Under the pieces are notes generated by a model that was not told the origin of the DNA, did not search any database, and saw only the letters and a program-made list of their open reading frames with translations. This document shows positions 50,935-60,078 of a stretch of 64,000 nt of DNA, one piece after another. The DNA is taken from assembly GCA_027459745.1 (NCBI GenBank), contig DAIDHL010000001.1, positions 77,828 to 141,827 of the forward strand, written 5' to 3'. Source of the DNA: Candidatus Levyibacteriota bacterium. Its GTDB lineage: Bacteria; Patescibacteriota; Microgenomatia; Levybacterales; UBA12049. Both the position numbers and the translations under genes were made by a program. The number at the start of each line of letters is the position of its first letter. The stretch's first letter is position 1.

Positions 50935-51008
50935 GGATTTGTAGCTCAGCTGGTTAGAGCGTTCGATTCACATTCGAAAGGTCAGAGGTTCGAATCCTCT
51001 CAAGTCCA
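50935..51008 (+). tRNA. tRNA-Val(CAC)
   Basis: GGATTTG/CAAGTCC acceptor, GCTC/GAGC D stem, TTCGA-TTCACAT-TCGAA anticodon arm, AGAGG-TTCGAAT-CCTCT T arm. Confidence 0.93.
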
Positions 51009-51018
51009 CATTAAAGAA

Positions 51019-52914
51019 CTAGTTTGTGGTTAATGTGGTTAAGTCATAATATAAGATATTAAAGGCCTCGTTTGTCATGTTTTTCTTCTGCGTGTTTAGA
51101 AGTTTTAGTGTAAATTTAAGTTCAGTCAGATAACCAATATTAAACTTACTTTTTTGCATAGCTTTGGCGTCTTGTAATATAGCTAGCAATTCACTTTTTT
51201 GAATTAAGTTAATCTTTTTTAGACTATAGAGACTTTTAATATCAGAAATTGTAGAGTCAATAGTCACAGTTGCAGATATTGTAGTAGGAGAATCACTATT
51301 AAAATTCAATACCAGTGTTTGAGGTGAATTTGGGGTTAGTATACCTATTATTTTTGAAGATTTACTCGAACCTTCAGTTTGGAAAGTATCAAGATTTAAG
51401 GTATATATAACTGTTTTAGGCGAAGAGAGCATGATGGTATACATACCATTTTCAGGTTTGGGAACCAAAAGACTATTCACTCCTGTTCCCAAACTCATAC
51501 TCTTTCCGCTTGTATCTGTATTATTGATAGGAGGTTCGTATTGATAGAGAATTTGGGGATTGTCGTTATATGAGGAGAATTGGCCGTTTTTATATATTTT
51601 CCCATTATTTTGCTGATTATGATTTAGCAAAATTTGGACTGATGGATTTATTACAAGAGTAATATAACTTAAATTAGTATGGGAAGGTACGAATTGCTCT
51701 ATCGCGTCATAGGTATTATTGAATGAGGTTAAATCGGAATATTTCCAATATGGATCATTGATGGAGTACGAACTGGCAGTTTTGCCTGTAGTTACTACAA
51801 AATGGCTAGATGTTTGAGCGTTTGTGACACGGATAATGTCTGGTTGAGCGGCTGAAATATCTTTATCGATCAGAGTATCATTATTAGGATTTTTTCCGAA
51901 ATTTGGAATCCACTCTAAATCTGGGAGCGATGAGTTTTGGGAAGAGAGTAGATGCGTGAGTGATGCGATTTTAGCAAAATTAAGATAGGAGTAATTTCCA
52001 TCAGAACCAATTCCATAGTCATAACCTTGACTATTATTTAACCATTGATTTAGCGATCCTGGAGTGAGAGGTGATGAATCAGGTAAATGATTGAATCCGT
52101 AATAATTTAATATCATGGTAGCAGAGGTTACCGCACATCCCCAACGATCAAAGGTATATGGATTGAATCCCAAGCTTTGAGAATGATCATATTCATCTTT
52201 TCCCCAAATAGGATTCGTTTGAGATAAATATGGAACTGGTAAAGATGAGTATTCATTATTATAATCAGTTACTTTTATATTATCATAAATTATTCCTGAG
52301 TTAGGATCTGAACCAGTTCCGGCTCTAAGCGCAATTTTACCCGGCGGCAAATCGGCATTTAATGTAATATCTCTTACTAGAGTATTGTTAACTATTACTT
52401 TTATATTACGTCCATTGATTGTAATAATAATATGATATGTTTTATCGTCTGGATAGTTTTGACTTAATTTGTAATTAGTAACATAATTTGAAAAGCCAAA
52501 ATCAAAATCTCCAGGTGATACAAAGTGAATTTCATAAAAATTATTACTTATTGGGTCATACCTGAATATAATATTGTGATCTGTTCCAGTAACAAAAGTG
52601 GCATCCATTTCATAAGTATAATTATTTAAATTATTCGGCCAATAAATACTAGAAGGTGTAATATTTGTTGTACAAGATCCCTGATTTTCTATAAATAAAT
52701 TTAACTTTGAATTATTCACGTTCCAACTCGCGTTACAGCGAGCTTGGTTTTCGTTTAAATATAAGTTTATCCACTTGGTTGGAAAAGTATTACTTGAATA
52801 TTGGTCAAAATTATCTTCAAATATTGTTGATGCGTATGTATTCCTAATAGATAAAGATGATAGTATAATGCAAAAGGTACAAATGAAAAGTAATTTTAAA
52901 TAATTATTACTCAT
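51019..52914 (-). CDS. Secreted protein: lectin-like beta-sandwich plus C39-like peptidase
   Basis: FEDNF...YDNIKV domain; PYLSQ, WGCAVTS, SHFVV, INDP catalytic pattern. Confidence 0.75.
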   Translation of the reverse strand: MSNNYLKLLFICTFCIILSSLSIRNTYASTIFEDNFDQYSSNTFPTKWINLYLNENQARCNASWNVNNSKLNLFIENQGSCTTNITPSSIYWPNNLNNYTYEMDATFVTGTDHNIIFRYDPISNNFYEIHFVSPGDFDFGFSNYVTNYKLSQNYPDDKTYHIIITINGRNIKVIVNNTLVRDITLNADLPPGKIALRAGTGSDPNSGIIYDNIKVTDYNNEYSSLPVPYLSQTNPIWGKDEYDHSQSLGFNPYTFDRWGCAVTSATMILNYYGFNHLPDSSPLTPGSLNQWLNNSQGYDYGIGSDGNYSYLNFAKIASLTHLLSSQNSSLPDLEWIPNFGKNPNNDTLIDKDISAAQPDIIRVTNAQTSSHFVVTTGKTASSYSINDPYWKYSDLTSFNNTYDAIEQFVPSHTNLSYITLVINPSVQILLNHNQQNNGKIYKNGQFSSYNDNPQILYQYEPPINNTDTSGKSMSLGTGVNSLLVPKPENGMYTIMLSSPKTVIYTLNLDTFQTEGSSKSSKIIGILTPNSPQTLVLNFNSDSPTTISATVTIDSTISDIKSLYSLKKINLIQKSELLAILQDAKAMQKSKFNIGYLTELKFTLKLLNTQKKNMTNEAFNILYYDLTTLTTN

Positions 52915-52960
52915 CAATATAAGAATAGTAAGCTCATCTATATTTGTCAAGAGGTAAAAT

Positions 52961-53770
52961 ATGTTAAATAATAACTGTTATGTGTGTGCTAAAAAATCTA
53001 ATAATTTTTTGTGTTCAAGTTGTATTACTAATCCTTTTAGGATAGAAGATCTTAGGGATATTTTATCTAGATTGCCGGATTTAAGAAGTTTTAAAAAAAC
53101 TTATTATAATAATTTGCCTGAGATAGAGGATCTTAATACTGCTAATTTTTGGGATAATAGATTATATAAGATTCAACTATTGAGAACTCAGGATGGAATG
53201 ACAAAAGATCGAATTAAAATAACTGCAGATTTTTTGAAAACATCAGGAAATAAGATTTTGGATTTAGGTATAGGCTATGGCTTTATTGAAGAAATCTTAT
53301 CTAGTAAGAAAATAGATTTTTATGGGGTAGATATCTCACCCGAAGCTATTAGAATTTTAAAAAAAAGATTTAAAGGTCATTTCTCGGTAGGTTCAATATA
53401 TAAATATAAATACACAAGAAATAAATTTGATGCAGTAGTACTTTTAGAAGTTTTAGAACATGTACCGCCAAAAAAGACATTTTTAATTTTAAAAAATATT
53501 CACAAAGTCCTTAAAAAAAACGGCATATTTATTGTTTCAGTTCCAATGAACGAAGAATTAGAGAAAATGAAGATTAATAAAAATGGTCATGTAAGAACAT
53601 ATACAAAAAATATTATTTTTGCTGAATTAAAATTAGCAGGTTTTAATGTCATTGAATATAAAGAGCTATATGCGTTCAGTAAGATGTATAAATTTAAAAA
53701 ATTTTTATCCAAAGTTATGAAACATAAATGGATGCCAAATAATATTATTATAAAAACAATAAAAATATGA
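52961..53770 (+). CDS. Class I SAM methyltransferase with N-terminal CxxC/CxxC
   Basis: ILDLGIGYG, GVDIS, EVLEHV. Confidence 0.85.
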   Translation: MLNNNCYVCAKKSNNFLCSSCITNPFRIEDLRDILSRLPDLRSFKKTYYNNLPEIEDLNTANFWDNRLYKIQLLRTQDGMTKDRIKITADFLKTSGNKILDLGIGYGFIEEILSSKKIDFYGVDISPEAIRILKKRFKGHFSVGSIYKYKYTRNKFDAVVLLEVLEHVPPKKTFLILKNIHKVLKKNGIFIVSVPMNEELEKMKINKNGHVRTYTKNIIFAELKLAGFNVIEYKELYAFSKMYKFKKFLSKVMKHKWMPNNIIIKTIKI

Positions 53771-54774
53771 AAATTATATTTTTAACTAGATTATATTTTC
53801 CCAAAATAGGAGGTGTAGAGAAACATGTTTATGAAATAAGTAAAAGACTATTAAAAAAAGGGCATAAGATAGTAATTATTACAGAGAATAACGGTTGGGA
53901 AGAACGTGAAAATATAGATGGAATTGAAATTATTAGAATCAATGTAGGAAAAAATGATTGGTTCAAAAAATTTAGAATTTGGCGAGAAATATGGAAATTA
54001 AAAACAGTTTTAAAAACAGCAGATATCATTCATTGTCATGATGTATTCTTTTGGATTTTGCCGTATAAGTTATTTTTGCATGATAAAAAAATATTTATTA
54101 CTTTTCATGGATATGAAAATTATCCCATACGTTACACAGCTATTATACATAGAAAAATAGCAGAAAAGCTTACACGAGGAAATATCTGCATAGGTGATTT
54201 TATTTCTAAGTGGTATGGTACAAAACCTAGTTTAGTTTCATATGGGGGAGTTCAAAAGTCTTATGTGGGTTCAACCAATAATCCTAAATACACTGCAATT
54301 TTTTGGGGAAGACTTGACGAACAGACAAGTATTAAATCATATTTGAACATTGTTAAGATAATACAAAAAAACATTAAACATTTTTCACTATTGATTATTG
54401 GCGAGGGTAAATATAAGAAAGAAGTTATAAAACATGCTAAAGTTATAGGTTTTACACCGGATATAAATAGATACTTATCTATTTCAAAATACGCGCTGGC
54501 GTCAAGATATTTGTCTATGTTAGAGGCAATGATATCAAAAAAACTCGTTTTTGCAATGTATGATAATAATCTTAAAAAAGACTATTTGCTTTTAAGTCCA
54601 TTTGCTAACCATGTAATAGTTAAAAATAATGTAAATGAAATGGCAGAACAGATTATTTATTATATTAATCATCCGAATGAAGAAAAAATAAAAGTAGAAA
54701 ATGCTTATAAATGGGCTGCTAAACAAACTTGGGAAAAAGTAGTTGAGAAATATATATTTCTTTGGAACTTATGA
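53767..54774 (+). CDS. Glycosyltransferase family 4
   Basis: PKIGGVEKH, IIHCHD, TFHG, GRL, LEAM. Confidence 0.88.
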   Translation: MKIIFLTRLYFPKIGGVEKHVYEISKRLLKKGHKIVIITENNGWEERENIDGIEIIRINVGKNDWFKKFRIWREIWKLKTVLKTADIIHCHDVFFWILPYKLFLHDKKIFITFHGYENYPIRYTAIIHRKIAEKLTRGNICIGDFISKWYGTKPSLVSYGGVQKSYVGSTNNPKYTAIFWGRLDEQTSIKSYLNIVKIIQKNIKHFSLLIIGEGKYKKEVIKHAKVIGFTPDINRYLSISKYALASRYLSMLEAMISKKLVFAMYDNNLKKDYLLLSPFANHVIVKNNVNEMAEQIIYYINHPNEEKIKVENAYKWAAKQTWEKVVEKYIFLWNL

Positions 54775-56579
54775 TAACTCAACCTTATAAAATGGTTATT
54801 ATTAATATTTTTGCTGGATTATTTGTCGCTTCAGTTTTAATATTGTATAGAATATTTAAAAAAAAGTACCCTCCTAATCTTTTTCTTCTTTTTTTTATAT
54901 CATTACTTCCTTTGATAAGTCTTCTAAGAGCAGGTCCATATCAAAGCGGGGATTTCAATATAAACATATATAAAACTATGGATTTTTATTATTCATTAAC
55001 TAATGGCATTTGGTTTCCACATTGGGCGTCAATTTTGAATGCAACCTATGGTTATCCTTTATTTAATTTTACCTATCCACTTCCTTATTATTTAATTTCG
55101 TTCATTCATTTTTTAGATATATCTTATATTAATAGCTTAAAAGTATTTCTTGGATTATCATTTGTTTTTTCTGGAATAAGCATATATTTGTGGATAAAAG
55201 ATGAAATTAATAAAAAAGCAGCTTTAGTATCCTCCATTTTTTATTTATACATGCCCTACCACTTAGTAGACAACAATTTTAGGATAAGTATTGGTGAAAT
55301 AATGTCATTTATTTTCATTCCTATCATTTTTCTAAGTTTCAGAAAAATAATACAAAGATTTAGGATAATTTGGTTTTTAACCTCATTATTTAGTGTCTCT
55401 TTACTACTACTTTGCAATCAAGCTATAGCATTGGTATTTGTGCCATTATTAATTATATACATACTATTTCAAACTTATATTCAAGAAAAAAATATTATAA
55501 AGACTACTTGCATTTCATTGCTAACATTATTAATAGGTCTAAGTCTCGCAGCCTACTATTGGTTGCCAGTATTATATGAGCTACGATATACACATGAATC
55601 TTTATATGTCTTATCTATTCAATACGTAAATTTCTTTCAATTAATTTATGCGCCATGGAGATATGGTTTGTTATTTCAAGGCCCACATGGTGAACTATCA
55701 TTTTTAGTGGGGTACGCTCAAATATTGACATTAATAATACTTATATATTTGATATCTCGAAAAAAAATAAGGGGTAAAGTTAAATATATTAGTTATTTTT
55801 ACTTAATATTAACATTTTTTCTTTGTTTTATGATGTTACCTCAATCTAGTTTTATTTGGCAAAATGTATCTATATTAAAAAATTTTCAATTTACTTATAG
55901 ATTATTACTCCTGGTCGGAGTGTTTACCTCTTATGCTGCTGGTTTAGTATCAAAATATCTAAGTAATAAAGTAATAATTACATTGTGTATGTTCGCAATT
56001 ATTTCAACAATTTTAAATTGGGGGAATCGATCAACGTTACCATTAGTCACTGAAAGAGATATTATGGCTAATTTACCTTATTCAACATATCAAGGAGAGG
56101 GTTTTCAACCAGCAGCACCTATTTGGGTCAATCCTGAGCATCCATGGCAAAAAAATGTACCACAGAATCATTTAGAACTAATCTCAGGGAGTGCCATAAT
56201 TACACCTTTATTTAGAAATCCCATAGAACATAATTACAAGGTTAAGGTTATAACAACATCTGTGTTTCTAGAGAACACAATATATTTTCCTGGCTGGAAT
56301 TTATTTGCAAATGGAAAGAAAATATCGTTATATTATAATTATAAAAAAAATGAGGGTGTTATAACATTTAGTCTTCCACGAGGGGTGTATTATTTGTCAA
56401 TGCTTTTCAAGCCGACAGCAATTCATGTAATAGCGAATGATATAAGTCTACTAACTATAGTTATTATTCTAACTCTATTTTTTTGCAAAATACTTGCCGA
56501 TTTTATTATTCCAAAGAAATTTTTGTTTAGGAGAGCTATAATACTCAATTATTTGCTTAAAATTCTCCGCAAATATTAA
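54771..56579 (+). CDS. GT-C-like membrane protein (YfhO/PTPS-related domain)
   Basis: WFPHW...YGYPLFNF.YPL, LAAYYWLP, YFPGW; ATGA overlap with upstream stop. Confidence 0.75.
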   Translation: MITQPYKMVIINIFAGLFVASVLILYRIFKKKYPPNLFLLFFISLLPLISLLRAGPYQSGDFNINIYKTMDFYYSLTNGIWFPHWASILNATYGYPLFNFTYPLPYYLISFIHFLDISYINSLKVFLGLSFVFSGISIYLWIKDEINKKAALVSSIFYLYMPYHLVDNNFRISIGEIMSFIFIPIIFLSFRKIIQRFRIIWFLTSLFSVSLLLLCNQAIALVFVPLLIIYILFQTYIQEKNIIKTTCISLLTLLIGLSLAAYYWLPVLYELRYTHESLYVLSIQYVNFFQLIYAPWRYGLLFQGPHGELSFLVGYAQILTLIILIYLISRKKIRGKVKYISYFYLILTFFLCFMMLPQSSFIWQNVSILKNFQFTYRLLLLVGVFTSYAAGLVSKYLSNKVIITLCMFAIISTILNWGNRSTLPLVTERDIMANLPYSTYQGEGFQPAAPIWVNPEHPWQKNVPQNHLELISGSAIITPLFRNPIEHNYKVKVITTSVFLENTIYFPGWNLFANGKKISLYYNYKKNEGVITFSLPRGVYYLSMLFKPTAIHVIANDISLLTIVIILTLFFCKILADFIIPKKFLFRRAIILNYLLKILRKY

Positions 56580-57560
56580 AAATGGCCAGATAAGAGTTTG
56601 TAACAGCACTCTATCAAAAGAAGAACTAACATAAGCTGCTGTATCATATGACGCAAATAAGTAATTAACAATATATAAAAGTAAAGTGGTTAGATATAAA
56701 GGAACAATTATCGATTTTACTTTTTTATTTGCTTTATTTATAAAAGGCAACATAAATACAAATAATATCCAAAAAATATACCAATTATTAACCTTGACAA
56801 GTTCTTTTCCAAAATAGATTATAATTACATATATACGTAACATCAAAAAACTCAATGAATAAAAATGATAATATAAATCTGTGGGGATTTTGAGCAAATA
56901 AATCACAACTTGCCATATAATAAACGGGATAAAACTTATTACAAACGCTGTTAATTTGTTTTTTAATGTAATAGGTAAAAAAAGCAAAAATAAAGACAGA
57001 AATAGTCCTTCTGATTTAATTTGTGAAACTAACATAATTAATAAAACCAATAGCCACAAATATTTATTTACATTTTTTACGTTATAAATAAAATAAGCAA
57101 AAATTACATTTGCAAATAAAATAAAAATATCTACTTGTCCAGCGAATCTTCCTCCTTCAGCGAGTAAGGGAGAGAACATAGAAAAGATATATGTAAATAG
57201 AAGTGCAAAAAGATCATTAAATATTTGTTTTAAAATAAAATATAGCAAAATCAAAATTGTTGAATAAATAATAGGGTAAATAAGAAATATAAACTTTTCA
57301 TTAATTCCTCCAAGTAAGACATAAATCAAACTTACTAAAAAAGGAAAACCTAAAGGGTATTGCTGGTGAGAATATAAATAAACATGGTTATGTAGGAAAA
57401 AATATGGGAAACCATGTTCAACATAAAATGCTTTGGCTTTGAGAAACCATATTCCTATGCCATCGATATTAGTAAAAGGTAGAACTAGTGACCCAGATAA
57501 AACATACAATATATTAATTGAAATTAAAAAAATTAAAATGTATTTTATTGCTTTGTGCAT
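56475..57560 (-). CDS. GT-C-like membrane protein
   Basis: DGIGIWFLKAK, HQQYP, IKSEG, many TM. Confidence 0.65.
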   Translation of the reverse strand: MHKAIKYILIFLISINILYVLSGSLVLPFTNIDGIGIWFLKAKAFYVEHGFPYFFLHNHVYLYSHQQYPLGFPFLVSLIYVLLGGINEKFIFLIYPIIYSTILILLYFILKQIFNDLFALLFTYIFSMFSPLLAEGGRFAGQVDIFILFANVIFAYFIYNVKNVNKYLWLLVLLIMLVSQIKSEGLFLSLFLLFLPITLKNKLTAFVISFIPFIIWQVVIYLLKIPTDLYYHFYSLSFLMLRIYVIIIYFGKELVKVNNWYIFWILFVFMLPFINKANKKVKSIIVPLYLTTLLLYIVNYLFASYDTAAYVSSSFDRVLLQTLIWPFLIFAENFKQIIEYYSSPKQKFLWNNKIGKYFAKK

Positions 57561-57820
57561 ATTTTGTCTAAATTTTGATAATTGTATAAGTATTTTTGTT
57601 CAAGTGGTTGATTAATAAAAGAAGAAAAAAGTTTATATTCTTTTTGACTAACAGTAAGATCTTCATTTACAATCCTATACACATATAGACATGACCTGAA
57701 AATAAGAAACATTATCCATAAAGTCACAAATAATAAAATCAAGAAGCTATAATATCTGTTTAAATCATAATTAAAAGAAAGGTTTAATATATTCTTAATA
57801 GAAGGTTTTATTCTGCTCAT
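57545..57820 (-). CDS. Small single-TM protein
   Basis: TGTTATAAT-N7-ATG; overlaps the start of the next gene. Confidence 0.5.
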   Translation of the reverse strand: MSRIKPSIKNILNLSFNYDLNRYYSFLILLFVTLWIMFLIFRSCLYVYRIVNEDLTVSQKEYKLFSSFINQPLEQKYLYNYQNLDKICTKQ

Positions 57821-57868
57821 TTCCCAAATTATAACAAAAAATATGGTAGAGAAGTGTATAATTCATAT

Positions 57869-58819
57869 ATGTCTAACAAGCGTTTCACATTTATAGCAAC
57901 AGTCTTTAACGAAGCTGAAAATATAAATAAATTTTTAAATTCAATTTATCAACAAACATGCTTACCAGATGAAATTATTATAGTTGATGGTGGCTCGACA
58001 GATAATACAGTCAATATAATAAAGAAGATCTCCCAAAAGCATTCACTGAAGATAAAATTGTTAGAAAAAAGAGGAAATCGTTCTGTTGGAAGAAATTTAG
58101 CAGTAAAAAATGCCTCATGTGATATCATTTTATGTTCAGACGCAGGTTGCATTTTAGATAGAGATTGGGTAAAGAATATTACCAGACCGTTTACAGACAA
58201 TACTGTAGATATTGTAGCTGGATATTATCAAGGGCGGGCAAATACTATTTTTGAAAAATGTGTTATTCCATATGCCTTAGTCATGCCGGATCGTGTAAAT
58301 CCACATAATTTCTTACCTGCTACCCGTTCTATGGCATTCAGAAAAAGTGTCTGGAAACAATTACATGGTTTTGACGAAAGTCTATCTCATAATGAAGATT
58401 ATGCGTTTAGCCGACGGCTAGTAAAATATAAAAAGAAAATTATTTTTGTACAGAATGCTGTAGTTGAATGGTTACCGCCTCAGAATATTAAAACATTTAC
58501 AAAAATGATTTTTAGATTTGCCTTAGGCGATTCTCAGGCTGGAATTTTTCGACCTAAAGTGGGATTAATATTTTTGCGTTATTTACTTTTAATACTTCTT
58601 TTAATTAATTTAATGACGTATTCTAACATAGCTTTGTTAGTGTTTATTATAGCTGCGATATTATTCTATTTAATATGGTCTTTTTCTAAAAACTTTAAAT
58701 ACGTAAATGATCTTCGTGCATTATATATCTTACCTGTACTACAGGTTGTATCCGATCTCTCTGTAATTCTTGGAACATTATGGGGATCTATGTATTATTT
58801 AGAAAAAAAGAGCAAATAG
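57869..58819 (+). CDS. Glycosyltransferase family 2
   Basis: TVFNE, VDGGSTD, GRN, SDAG, NEDY, C-terminal TMs. Confidence 0.88.
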   Translation: MSNKRFTFIATVFNEAENINKFLNSIYQQTCLPDEIIIVDGGSTDNTVNIIKKISQKHSLKIKLLEKRGNRSVGRNLAVKNASCDIILCSDAGCILDRDWVKNITRPFTDNTVDIVAGYYQGRANTIFEKCVIPYALVMPDRVNPHNFLPATRSMAFRKSVWKQLHGFDESLSHNEDYAFSRRLVKYKKKIIFVQNAVVEWLPPQNIKTFTKMIFRFALGDSQAGIFRPKVGLIFLRYLLLILLLINLMTYSNIALLVFIIAAILFYLIWSFSKNFKYVNDLRALYILPVLQVVSDLSVILGTLWGSMYYLEKKSK

Positions 58820-58854
58820 GTACACTTTACGCTCGTTTCTGATACAATAAATAC

Positions 58855-60069
58855 ATGGGATATACAAAAAAGACCTTGTGGGGTGTATCTTGGACGGTAT
58901 CTTTACAAGGAGTTACCAAAGTCCTGGGTTTGGCAAAAATTTTAGTACTGGCTAGATTTTTAACTCCTGTACAATTTGGTGTCTTTGGTATTGCTTCTTT
59001 AATGCTTACGTTGCTTGAGACATTGACCGAAACAGGCGTTAATGTTTTTTTGGTACAAGAAAAAGATAATATTCGTGTACATTTAGATAGTGCCTGGATT
59101 GTATCCATCGGACGAGGTATAATTATTAGTTTGATTTTACTCTTATCAGCACCTTTTATTGCATCCTTCTTCCACTCTCCAGAAGCAACAATAGTGATCC
59201 TTTTGATCGGCATTGTTCCCTTTTTGCGTGGATTTATCAATCCTTCAGAGGTGATTTTTCAGAAAGAATTGCAGTTTAATAAAGAGTTTTATTTTCGTAC
59301 CGGACTATTAATAGTCGATGCTATAACTTCTATATCATTAGCCTTTATTACACATTCTGTTTTGAGCATAGTATTTGGGCAAATATTTAGTGTAATTGCA
59401 GAAGTAATAATATCATTTATCCTTTTTAAAGAAAAACCTAAATTTAAGATTCATGGCGAGTACATAAGTAAAATATTTCATCGAGGCAAATGGATAACCT
59501 TAGCAGGGGTGTTCAACTACTTTTTCTTAAATTTTGATGATTTTGTAGTAGGTAGATTATTAAACGCTACTCAATTGGGCTTTTATCAAATGGCTTATCG
59601 GTTTTCTGTTTATCCTATTATTCAACTATTTGATATGTTTGCCAAGGTTACGTTACCCGTGTACGTAAAGATCTCTGATGATATACATAGACTGAGAAGA
59701 GCATTTATTAGAACACTTATAACTATTGTAATAAGTATGCTATTTGCTTTGGTGATGTGGTCTATTGCTCCTTTGGCAGTAAAAATCATTTTAGGCTCAA
59801 ATTGGTTAGCAATTGTACCCATATTGAGGGTTTTACTTTTCGTAGCTGTAATGCGTGGCATATTTGGCTTAACTACGACTTTGTTATTTGCATTAAAAAA
59901 ACAAGAGTATGTGACTTTTGTAACATTTATTAACTTTTTAGCGATTGCTGTATTTATTTTTCCCATGGTAGCTCAATATGGCATAATAGGAGCTGCGTAT
60001 GCCGTATCCATAGGGTCTGTAATCGGTTTTGTCCCTCAAATATATTATATCTTCAGAGTTTTGCATTAA
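58855..60069 (+). CDS. Wzx-type polysaccharide flippase
   Basis: LARFLTPVQFG, D.FVVGRLL...LGFYQMAYR; about 12 TM. Confidence 0.88.
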   Translation: MGYTKKTLWGVSWTVSLQGVTKVLGLAKILVLARFLTPVQFGVFGIASLMLTLLETLTETGVNVFLVQEKDNIRVHLDSAWIVSIGRGIIISLILLLSAPFIASFFHSPEATIVILLIGIVPFLRGFINPSEVIFQKELQFNKEFYFRTGLLIVDAITSISLAFITHSVLSIVFGQIFSVIAEVIISFILFKEKPKFKIHGEYISKIFHRGKWITLAGVFNYFFLNFDDFVVGRLLNATQLGFYQMAYRFSVYPIIQLFDMFAKVTLPVYVKISDDIHRLRRAFIRTLITIVISMLFALVMWSIAPLAVKIILGSNWLAIVPILRVLLFVAVMRGIFGLTTTLLFALKKQEYVTFVTFINFLAIAVFIFPMVAQYGIIGAAYAVSIGSVIGFVPQIYYIFRVLH

Positions 60070-60078
60070 GATCAAGCT

